Shown piece by piece: positions 9,551-17,370 of a stretch of DNA of 34,939 bases. Every line of letters starts with the position of its first letter. Within the stretch, counting starts at the first letter, position 1. A program made the position numbers and the translations under genes. The DNA is taken from positions 1 through 34,939 of IMG/VR virus record IMGVR_UViG_3300037397_000008; one strand, written 5' to 3'. The notes under the pieces are model-generated. The model was not told the DNA's origin and searched no databases. It saw only the letters and a list, made by a program, of their open reading frames with translations. Source of the stretch: a virus. Taxonomy: Duplodnaviria > Caudoviricetes.

Positions 9551-9823
9551 TTTGATTAGTTTTTACAGGTGTTGAGTTGAGGCCATTTAGGTGGCGTGTT
9601 GAGGCCATTTAGGTGCTGTGTTGAAGGCCTTAGGTGTTGTGTTGTTTTTTATGGTTTAAAATTAATCAGGCCTGTTTTTTTATGGGTATACGCCACCTAA
9701 AAATAGTAACACAACACCTAAAACGGCTTTACTCAACACCTATTTTCGCTTAACTCAACACCTGTTTTTCCATTAACTCAACACCTAAACGCTTGTACTC
9801 AACACCTGTCAAAATGAATCAAA
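9551..9823. repeat. Convergent iteron-like array (4 x AGGTGTTGAGT-like, then 6 x inverted ACTCAACACCT-like); candidate replication origin
   Basis: AGGTG at 9567, 9589, 9611, 9632; CACCT at 9694, 9715, 9737, 9759, 9782, 9803; period 21-23 bp; AT-rich centre; outer 27-bp inverted repeat (24/27). Confidence 0.9.
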
Positions 9824-9923
9824 AGTTGCAAGTGTTTGATTTTCTATTGTTTTCCTTGTTTTCTTCTTTTCTTTTAAAGGAAAAAAAAGGAAAAAAAAGA
9901 AATAAAAAAAATAGGAATGGGGT

Positions 9924-9961
9924 GAAATGTGTGATAGTTGAGGGAAATGTGTGATAGTTGA
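9924..9961. repeat. Perfect 18-bp direct repeat GAAATGTGTGATAGTTGA x2
   Basis: 9924-9941 and 9944-9961. Confidence 0.9.
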
Positions 9962-10167
9962 TGAAAAATAGGGGTATAAATAAAAGAACTTTTACACAGT
10001 TTTTACGCGCCAGCCAATAAAACACGTATAATTATTGATTTATCAATGAGTTAACCTTGTTTTTGATTAGTTTTGACAGGTGTTGCGTTGTTTTGCACAA
10101 ACTGAGAAACGCAACAAAAAAGTTTATATTGAATTACACTTTACCCCCCCCCAAAAAACGGCAGCAA

Positions 10168-10196
10168 TTGACATAAATGTTTTTTTGTGGTATGTT
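10168..10196 (+). promoter_or_regulatory. Sigma70-type promoter P1
   Basis: TTGACA-17 nt-TATGTT with TGn extension. Confidence 0.75.
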
Positions 10197-10202
10197 GGTT
10201 TT

Positions 10203-10370
10203 GTTGTTGGAAAAACCGTGGTTTGTCACAACGGTGTAAGTCGGTCAGCATTTAAAAACTGCACTGTTGCTTAATCGGACAACCCACGTTAACACGGATT
10301 TGCGTTGGGGGAAGTTTAACGCGATCTCTTCCCCTAATGCACGTTTCAAGATAATAATGTGTTGCCAACT
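10203..10370 (+). ncRNA. Putative structured ncRNA 1
   Basis: Downstream of P1. Stems at 10215-10235, 10241-10278 and a 14-bp stem at 10301-10341 with two G-U pairs; possible closing GUUGG/CCAAC. Confidence 0.5.
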
Positions 10371-10371
10371 G

Positions 10372-10400
10372 TTGACATGCCAAGCAAAAAACACTATACT
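10372..10400 (+). promoter_or_regulatory. Sigma70-type promoter P2
   Basis: TTGACA-17 nt-TATACT, near consensus. Confidence 0.8.
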
Positions 10401-10405
10401 TATTA

Positions 10406-10456
10406 AGTGGCCTTGGGTTCTCCGTTCCCGTATGGCCACTACCCCAACGTTTTTAA
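10406..10456 (+). ncRNA. Putative small hairpin RNA 2 with anti-SD-like loop UUCUCCGUU
   Basis: AGTGGCC/GGCCACT stem starts at the expected +1 of P2; inner GGG/CCC stem closes the TTCTCCGTT loop. Confidence 0.55.
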
Positions 10457-10464
10457 TTTCTCAT

Positions 10465-10494
10465 TTGATTTCAAACAAAAAACCGGGGTACAAT
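10465..10494 (+). promoter_or_regulatory. Sigma70-type promoter P3
   Basis: TTGATT-18 nt-TACAAT. Confidence 0.6.
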
Positions 10495-10499
10495 GAAGA

Positions 10500-10634
10500 C
10501 TCCGGATATTTGACTTACCCTTTCATCTCCGTTCACCTTAGATATCCGGGGGATTGAAATAACGTGCTAAACCGTATAAAGCACGTTAGGGTGGACCCAC
10601 CCCATGATGGAGTGGGTCTTCCGTTTTATGTTTT
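10500..10634 (+). ncRNA. Putative three-hairpin RNA 3 / late leader with UCUCCGUU loop
   Basis: 14-bp stem at 10500-10551 (3 G-U) with a 24-nt pyrimidine-rich loop; perfect 9-bp stem at 10560-10588; GC-rich stem at 10593-10619. Confidence 0.55.
10593..10634 (+). terminator. Possible intrinsic terminator/attenuator before the late operon
   Basis: GACCCACCCCA-TGA-TGGAGTGGGTC followed by an interrupted T tract (TTCCGTTTTATGTTTT). Confidence 0.45.
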
Positions 10635-10653
10635 GGTGTTGCGGTCGTGCCGT

Positions 10654-11154
10654 ATGATAACAAAAAAAACAGTTGCAGAAAAATTACAAGAAAAAGCCAG
10701 CAAACAACTGTTAAAATACCAACGAAAAAAAACAGCAAAAAACTATAACAATTATGTAGAAGCTGCCTATTTTCTTGCACAGCATTTATTGCTTGAAAAA
10801 GCGAGCAACGGAAACACGCTTGCAATTCTTGAATTTTCAAAACAACAAAAAGCGTTACCATTGGACAATATGGATGAATGGCCACAGCTGCAAAACTTAA
10901 CAGCTGACGATGTGACCATTTTAAAAGAGCGTATCAAAGCAACAAAGAAAAACAAATTTAAGCGCCCGTTAACAACGCAATACCTTGCAGAATTATTTGA
11001 CGCGGGTGATATCACGGTGGCAGAATACGAGCAGTTTTTGCAATTGTTACGTGTGAAATCATTAATTGAAACAAACGACCAACTAGCACAAGAAATAAAA
11101 GTTAATCTATTACAAACGGTTGACAACGTACTAAACATAAAAAACAACGCATAG
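10654..11154 (+). CDS. Putative terminase small subunit
   Basis: Helical, basic ORF directly before TerL; assigned by position only. ATG 10654 preferred because the track start at 10564 lies within RNA hairpins. Confidence 0.55.
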   Translation: MITKKTVAEKLQEKASKQLLKYQRKKTAKNYNNYVEAAYFLAQHLLLEKASNGNTLAILEFSKQQKALPLDNMDEWPQLQNLTADDVTILKERIKATKKNKFKRPLTTQYLAELFDAGDITVAEYEQFLQLLRVKSLIETNDQLAQEIKVNLLQTVDNVLNIKNNA

Positions 11155-11161
11155 GTGGTTT

Positions 11162-12415
11162 GTGTTTGAGTTGACATATAAACAATTAACAGCATTAAAC
11201 TTGTTAACCCCAGACATCTATTACTTTTTAATGTATGGTGGTTCTCGGTCTGGTAAAACGTCTTTAGGGGTTTACCTTTGTTTGCACACTGCGTTACGGT
11301 TTCCAGGTTCACAAATATTAATCTGCAAGCATTTTTTAAGCGATTTAAGAAAATCAATTGTTCATCAAACCATCCCGCAAATCGGTGCGTTGTTGTCACC
11401 TGATTTTCCACGGTATTTTGAGGAAAATTTTAACAACAAAGATTATTACATACAATTTTCAAATAAAAGTGTGATATGGTTTGAAGGGTTATCAAACGAC
11501 AAACAAAGCGAAAAAATTTTAGGACGCGAATATAATTTGATATTTCTTTCTGAGTGTACGCAAGTGGAATTTTCAGTGTATAGTAAATTGCTAAGCCGTT
11601 TAGCAAAAAACATAAAACATTATGTAAACCGTGTCTTACTAGATTGCAATCCAACTAGCAAAAAGTCATGGGTTTATTGTTTATTCGTTGAGCACAAAGA
11701 CCCAACAACAAACACACCAGTTACGAACCCACAAAATTATTCACACATTGTTATGAATCCAACAGACAACCCACATATTCCACATCAATACCTAAACATT
11801 TTGAAACACACCTCAAGCAACGAATTAAAGCGGTTCTATTGTGGTGAGTGGGCGGACGATTTAGAAGGCGCACTGTGGAAACACAAATGGATAAATGATC
11901 ACAGGCGCGAAAATATAAACCTGCAACAATTCGATGCGTGTGTTCTAGGCGTTGACCCAGCGGTAAGCACATCAGCAAACAGTGATGAAACGGGTTTAAT
12001 AGTTGCAGGGCGCATAAAAAACGAGTATTATATTATTGCCGATTTAAGTGGTGTTTATACGCCGTTAGAATGGGCGAAAAAAATAGCCTATGCATATGAA
12101 AAATATTCATGTGATTATGTGATTGTAGAAGTGAATCAAGGCGGCGATTTGGTTAAAGCAAACATAAAAAACGTTTGTCCGTCTGTATTTGTAAAGTCGG
12201 TACATGCAAAGCGTGGTAAAATCTTACGAGCAGAACCAATAGCGGCATTGTATGAAAGTGGGCTTGTTCATCATGTTAATTATCACAAAGAACTAGAATA
12301 CCAATTAATTGCATGGGACCCAGGTAAAACTACATTTTCACCGGATCGAGTTGATGCGCTAGTGTATGCATTAACCGAATTATCAAAACCAAAACACACA
12401 CCAGCGGTTTATTAA
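11162..12415 (+). CDS. terL: Terminase large subunit
   Basis: YGGSRSGKT, LIFLSE, DCNP, nuclease motifs GVDPA and DRVDA. Confidence 0.95.
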   Translation: MFELTYKQLTALNLLTPDIYYFLMYGGSRSGKTSLGVYLCLHTALRFPGSQILICKHFLSDLRKSIVHQTIPQIGALLSPDFPRYFEENFNNKDYYIQFSNKSVIWFEGLSNDKQSEKILGREYNLIFLSECTQVEFSVYSKLLSRLAKNIKHYVNRVLLDCNPTSKKSWVYCLFVEHKDPTTNTPVTNPQNYSHIVMNPTDNPHIPHQYLNILKHTSSNELKRFYCGEWADDLEGALWKHKWINDHRRENINLQQFDACVLGVDPAVSTSANSDETGLIVAGRIKNEYYIIADLSGVYTPLEWAKKIAYAYEKYSCDYVIVEVNQGGDLVKANIKNVCPSVFVKSVHAKRGKILRAEPIAALYESGLVHHVNYHKELEYQLIAWDPGKTTFSPDRVDALVYALTELSKPKHTPAVY

Positions 12416-12416
12416 C

Positions 12417-13712
12417 ATGGCAACGCTTGAAAACAAATCAAAATTTGACATGGTGAAAAATTGGTTTAAACGCCCAATAAAAAACACATATGTTCCGAAT
12501 TATCCAAATTTGCCAGTTATGGCCAATCTTGCACAACAACAATACAATTATAAAACTCTGACAATTTACGATTACATCCGTTTTTATAATGATGTTGCAC
12601 CATTGTCGCATTGCATAGATTTAATTGCTACCAAGTTCGGTGAAATTGAAATAAAACTTTATGACACAAAGAAAAAAGAATTTATACAATCGCACCCGGC
12701 GCTAGATTTGTTTTATAAGCCAATGATACCAACACAACCCGATTATATGACGCTAGCAATGCAAGAACTGAGTTTTTTAGAAATCACGGGGAGTTGTTTT
12801 TGGTTGCTTGAGTTGTCTGCTTCTGGTAAACCGTTGGGGATAACTGTCGTTAACCCCCTTTTTATAACGTTTATTGTCGGCGAACATGCAATAACAAGTT
12901 TTACCTATACACAACCACACAAAAAAATACTCACGTTTAAATTGAAAATCATCAATAACAAATACCGCTATTTGAGCGAGGACAACAAGCAAGAATTATT
13001 TTATGCAAAACTATTTAATCCCAATTACGATGCTGAAGAGTGTCTTGGTCAACCGAAATTAAGAAACCTAGCATATCAATTACAACAGTATATTAATCTT
13101 TGTATGTTGAATATTTCACAACTTGAAAATGGTGGTCGTCCTTCTGGCTGTGTGTCAACGAAAGACCAGCATAACTATAGCGTTGAACAGTTGCGCGAGT
13201 TACAACAAGAAGTAAATCAAACGGTTAGAGGCAGCAACAACGCAGGCCGTATTTTAGTGCTTGACAATTTAGAATGGAAAAGCTTTTCATTTTCAAACAA
13301 AGATTGTGAATACAATGCCGCGCGTCAACAAATAAAAGAAGAGATATACAACCGTTTTAACGTGCCACTTGCGTTGGTAAACTCTAACGCCTTGAGTCTT
13401 GCAAACTTAGAAGTTTCCGCATTACAATTTTACACCATGAGCGTTTTACCAACCACGCAAAAGCTTTACTCCGCCTTGAGTAACAACATATTATATCGGT
13501 ATGCAAATAGTGAAAATCTAATTTACATGTATGACGAGGCGACGATTACCGCGTTACGTATGAAGTTGTTGGAAGAGTTAAAAGAAATGGCGGCCTTTGG
13601 TGTTATGAGTGACAACGAAATCCGTTTGCGAATGAATTTAAACAATGCGGCAGACGCTAACAATGTTTATAAACCAAGCACGATGGTTCCAACCTATTCG
13701 GTTGAAAACTGA
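12417..13712 (+). CDS. Portal protein (HK97 family)
   Basis: ENGGRPSG, GSNNAGRILVL, FNVP, MSDNEIR; position after TerL. Confidence 0.95.
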   Translation: MATLENKSKFDMVKNWFKRPIKNTYVPNYPNLPVMANLAQQQYNYKTLTIYDYIRFYNDVAPLSHCIDLIATKFGEIEIKLYDTKKKEFIQSHPALDLFYKPMIPTQPDYMTLAMQELSFLEITGSCFWLLELSASGKPLGITVVNPLFITFIVGEHAITSFTYTQPHKKILTFKLKIINNKYRYLSEDNKQELFYAKLFNPNYDAEECLGQPKLRNLAYQLQQYINLCMLNISQLENGGRPSGCVSTKDQHNYSVEQLRELQQEVNQTVRGSNNAGRILVLDNLEWKSFSFSNKDCEYNAARQQIKEEIYNRFNVPLALVNSNALSLANLEVSALQFYTMSVLPTTQKLYSALSNNILYRYANSENLIYMYDEATITALRMKLLEELKEMAAFGVMSDNEIRLRMNLNNAADANNVYKPSTMVPTYSVEN

Positions 13713-13723
13713 GGTAAAAAAAA

Positions 13724-14704
13724 ATGAAAAACCACGAAAGAATAACCAAGCGTTTTGAATTGAAATCAATTAAGGATAGTGAAAATGATAACGTAGGACG
13801 CTTTGAAGGATGGGCGTATATTTATGACGAAGTTTCCAGCGGTAATGAAATTGTATTGCGAAATGCATTGACGGAAAGTTTAAATTCCAAAACAAAAAAG
13901 ATTCCCATATTGCGCAGCCATAACATGGAAGAAGTAATTGGCGGCGTAAATGCTTCCGATGTGCAAGACAAAGAGGAAGGTTTATACATGAAAGGTGAGT
14001 TGGATTTGAACGTGCAAGCCGCTCGAGAAACGTATTCACTAATGAAACATGGTTTTTTAAATGGTATTTCATTGGGCGGCTGGTCTTACTATTCTGATGA
14101 ATCAATAAACAACGATGGCGTGACAGAAATAGCAAAAATGCAACTTGAAGAAATCTCTATAGTACCTGTTCCAGCGATAGCCAGCACAAAAATAACCCGC
14201 GTGTACTCTGTTCCACCCTATAAAGATTATGCAATGGTTGAGCGGGATGTAAAATGGGATGCTTCAAAAGCTATACAACAAATTAAAGAAAAAACAAAAT
14301 CGATGGATGGACCAAGTTCAACTTATAAAAATGGTTTTATGTATTTTGATAGTACAAACCCAGATGTGTTTAGCTCCTATAAGCTTCCCTATGTTTACGT
14401 GGTTAACGGCGAATTCAAGGCGGTCCCTAATGCAATCATAGCTATAAACGGCGTTTTGAATGGTGCTATGGGGGGCGTAGACATACCAACAAGCGACAAA
14501 GAAAAAGTACAAGCACAAGTTGATAAATATTATAAAAAAATGGGGATGGATAAAACAGAAAAAAAACAGTCTTTAAATGCAAATAACGTGGATGCGCATG
14601 CGTGGCTTTCTTATACAATGGAAGATTTCACATTGTTGCGAACTGTTGAAAAAAAACTAGACAAATTAACAGAAATGCTATATAATAAAACAATTCCCAC
14701 GTAA
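13724..14704 (+). CDS. Prohead protease (HK97/S78 type) with an extra C-terminal domain
   Basis: FEGWA, ILRSH, GISLG, LEEISIVPVPA; then a WD..YKLP..GAMGGVDIP domain. Confidence 0.92.
   Translation: MKNHERITKRFELKSIKDSENDNVGRFEGWAYIYDEVSSGNEIVLRNALTESLNSKTKKIPILRSHNMEEVIGGVNASDVQDKEEGLYMKGELDLNVQAARETYSLMKHGFLNGISLGGWSYYSDESINNDGVTEIAKMQLEEISIVPVPAIASTKITRVYSVPPYKDYAMVERDVKWDASKAIQQIKEKTKSMDGPSSTYKNGFMYFDSTNPDVFSSYKLPYVYVVNGEFKAVPNAIIAINGVLNGAMGGVDIPTSDKEKVQAQVDKYYKKMGMDKTEKKQSLNANNVDAHAWLSYTMEDFTLLRTVEKKLDKLTEMLYNKTIPT
14658..14686 (+). promoter_or_regulatory. Internal promoter upstream of the major capsid gene
   Basis: TAGACA-17 nt-TATAAT within the 3' end of the protease gene. Confidence 0.65.
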
Positions 14705-14758
14705 AAAATGATTAGCTGACCATTTTAACAAACTAAACTAGATCGCGCGATTAACCCA

Positions 14759-16351
14759 ATGAGCAAAATCATGAGTATAGACAGCGATATTTCGAAAAAG
14801 CTAGACAAGTTTGGTGAAATGGTTACCGCATACCACGACACTACCCACAAAAGTAAAGAAACATTAATAGAGCTAGGCAATAAAACCGGCGAACTGTTGG
14901 AGCAAATCCAACGGTTAAGAGGCGAAAAAGAAGAACTTGAAAAACGGTTTCAATCTCAAGAAAGTTCCTTACGTACGCTAGAACACATGTTTTCAGAAAA
15001 AAGCGACCCTCAAAACAATGAAGAAAAAATATTCAAAGAATACACGAAACGCGCGAATGCTGCGCTACGTTCTCAAAACTTATATCAACAAAGCCGAAAC
15101 GATAAAAAATTTTTAAGCGGAATGTTGAATGAACGATCAGAATTATCACAAGCATTTGTAAAAAAATTCACTAGAAGTGCGCACAATGTGAATCTTGCAA
15201 TGATTGAGGGTTCTGACCCTGCCGGTGGTTACTTCATTTTACCGCAATATTCTAATTGGGTCATAGGGCGCCAGTTTGAAACAACACCAATGCGGCAAAT
15301 TTGTAATGTAACAACAACAACCTCCGATGTTCTTAATACTATTATAGATGATCAATTATTTGCCTCAGGTGGTTGGGTTGGTGAAGTTGACCCAAGAGCC
15401 CCAACCGATACAGCCCAATACGGTTTATTGTCTATCCCGGCTCATGAAGTTTACACCTATCCACGCGCAAGTTTGCGAATGCTCGAGGATGCAAATTTCA
15501 ATTTGTTAGAATTCGTTACCAAAAGAGCCCGTATTTCTTTGGACTTACTCACTAATGCATCCTTTGTTTCTGGTAATGGTATCCAAAAACCTAGAGGAAT
15601 TGTTGACTATCCAGAGTGGCAAGGCACGCCCGTTGTGTTCGGTAATGCGTCCAATTATGAGCGTGGCGCATTGGAAACAATTTATAGTGGGGTTGCTAAT
15701 GGTTTTACTTATGATGGTTTAGTAAACATTCAAAACAGTTTGCTGGAAGACTATCAAGCAAATGCAAAGTGGTTAATGACGCGTCAGGCGTGGGCACTTA
15801 TTTTGTCTTTGACAGATACCAACGGGCGCCCGTTAATCAACTTTTTAAACCCATTAGAAGTTAGACAAAAGCCAACCTTGTTAGGTAAAGAAGTGTGGAT
15901 AGCAGCGCCAAACACGGCCCCCACAAATCCAACAATCCCATACACCGGTGGTGGGTTGCCGTTACCGGTTACAGGAAACAAAGCCCTTGTATATGGTGAC
16001 TTTTTCATAGGTTACACCATTGTAGACCGTGGCGGCGTGTACACAATGACAAACTTCGTTACAGAGCCGCAATATGTGCAGTACTATGTGCGTGAGCGCG
16101 TTGGTGGGGCGTTAACTAGCTATGCATCGTTAAAAGTAATGGTTATTGGTGCAGACCCTGGAAACGCTATTCAACGCAAAAATCAGTTGTTAGAAAATAG
16201 AGCTGATGAAGCTGGTTATAAAAAATTGACATTAAGTTCAACACTCACAGAGGGAGTTGATGAATTGGTAAATAAACAAACAAAAAAAGAGTATGACAAC
16301 TTAGACAAAGAGTTGGACAAGATGAAACACACCATCCAAAAGAAGGTATAA
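14759..16351 (+). CDS. Major capsid protein (HK97 fold) with delta domain and C-terminal extension
   Basis: N-terminal coiled coil, GGYFILP, WVGE, GNGIQKPRGI, YGDF, RERVGG. Confidence 0.96.
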   Translation: MSKIMSIDSDISKKLDKFGEMVTAYHDTTHKSKETLIELGNKTGELLEQIQRLRGEKEELEKRFQSQESSLRTLEHMFSEKSDPQNNEEKIFKEYTKRANAALRSQNLYQQSRNDKKFLSGMLNERSELSQAFVKKFTRSAHNVNLAMIEGSDPAGGYFILPQYSNWVIGRQFETTPMRQICNVTTTTSDVLNTIIDDQLFASGGWVGEVDPRAPTDTAQYGLLSIPAHEVYTYPRASLRMLEDANFNLLEFVTKRARISLDLLTNASFVSGNGIQKPRGIVDYPEWQGTPVVFGNASNYERGALETIYSGVANGFTYDGLVNIQNSLLEDYQANAKWLMTRQAWALILSLTDTNGRPLINFLNPLEVRQKPTLLGKEVWIAAPNTAPTNPTIPYTGGGLPLPVTGNKALVYGDFFIGYTIVDRGGVYTMTNFVTEPQYVQYYVRERVGGALTSYASLKVMVIGADPGNAIQRKNQLLENRADEAGYKKLTLSSTLTEGVDELVNKQTKKEYDNLDKELDKMKHTIQKKV

Positions 16352-16352
16352 T

Positions 16353-16904
16353 ATGGCTATTGTAGACGTTGCCTCAAATTTAAGAATCTACGGAGTAACG
16401 CCAATATTGTTTAATGGTGCGGGGCCGTATTATACAACGGCCCCAATTGATACAAGTGCATTTCAAAAAGCCATGATGATTTTGCCGGTCTTGTTAGATA
16501 CTTCGGCAGTAAGTCCAACCGTTACATTTGATAAATTTTTAACCTCAACGGATAATACAACTTATACCACTCTAAATCCTGATGGGTATATTTTGGGCAA
16601 AGACGCAGGGGCGCCGATACCGGTTGGAACACTAACCGGTGGGTTTCAAAATATAATGCAAACAATTGGGTTTATTGGCGGAAAACTGTATATTGTAGCA
16701 AGCTTTTTTAGTACAGACGCTGTTCAAGGGTCTCATTATATGCTAGTTTTTTGGTGTGGATACACCCGCATATCGCCGAACCAAGGATATCCGCTAGAGC
16801 TTGAAACCACTGTAATAAATCAGTACCGCAATAAATTTAACGAAGAATACGCCAGAAAAAAACATGATGGCCGCAACATAAACACAAAAACAAAAAGGTT
16901 ATAA
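16353..16904 (+). CDS. Putative capsid decoration/cement protein 1
   Basis: Beta-rich protein directly after the MCP; D..SN start and IG..G.K.Y motif. Confidence 0.6.
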   Translation: MAIVDVASNLRIYGVTPILFNGAGPYYTTAPIDTSAFQKAMMILPVLLDTSAVSPTVTFDKFLTSTDNTTYTTLNPDGYILGKDAGAPIPVGTLTGGFQNIMQTIGFIGGKLYIVASFFSTDAVQGSHYMLVFWCGYTRISPNQGYPLELETTVINQYRNKFNEEYARKKHDGRNINTKTKRL

Positions 16905-16905
16905 A

Positions 16906-17370
16906 ATGGTCAATAGTTATGATATAAAATCGAATGTTGAATTATTTTCAATAGGAGAACATGAGTTTTCAAATGGTAATCCGGGTCAAATTCATGTGTT
17001 TAGTGGTATTGAAATCGTTCCTAATATGAGCTACGCATTTCTTGTTTTTCAAACCAACCGTATAACCCCGGCAGGAGGAACAGACTCATGGCCACAAACC
17101 GCATATGGTATTTCTGAAATTTTGCAATCCGATCTCACAACCGGACCGTTTGAACCAATTCCAGCAGGGGCGTATTTCGGAAACCTCGCAACAAATTCCA
17201 ACCTTGTTTATAATTTTAACACCCCGTATCAAATGATCGGCGTATTACCTACTAAACAATTTTTAGAAATTACCATTATAACAAGGACCACTATTCCATT
17301 CAATGGTTATATGTCTACTGGTACGTTGTTCGCTATTCGTGGTCCTCAGATTGTACCAGGTGCATCGTAA
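16906..17370 (+). CDS. Putative capsid decoration/cement protein 2 (paralogue of the previous gene)
   Basis: Motifs collinear with 16353-16904. Confidence 0.55.
   Translation: MVNSYDIKSNVELFSIGEHEFSNGNPGQIHVFSGIEIVPNMSYAFLVFQTNRITPAGGTDSWPQTAYGISEILQSDLTTGPFEPIPAGAYFGNLATNSNLVYNFNTPYQMIGVLPTKQFLEITIITRTTIPFNGYMSTGTLFAIRGPQIVPGAS

Noticed and set aside
9551-9823. CRISPR mini-array (a Cas4-like gene is present)
   Set aside because: Repeats are about 11 bp with about 10-bp gaps and occur in both orientations; no cas1/cas2; solo Cas4-like nucleases are common phage recombination proteins
10034-10047. FNR box (ATTGAT-TT-ATCAAT)
   Set aside because: The spacer is 2 nt rather than 4; may be a chance AT-rich palindrome
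10203-10370. tRNA or tmRNA
   Set aside because: No T-loop (GTTCRA), D-loop or acceptor/CCA signature found
10406-10551. CsrA/RsmA-sponge RNA on the minus strand (ACGGA loops)
   Set aside because: Promoters face the + strand, and the G-U pairs would become A-C mismatches on the minus strand; less likely but not fully excluded
9819-10557. Short ORFs in the control region (64-96 aa)
   Set aside because: Low complexity or no RBS, and they overlap promoters, repeats and hairpins that explain the sequence better
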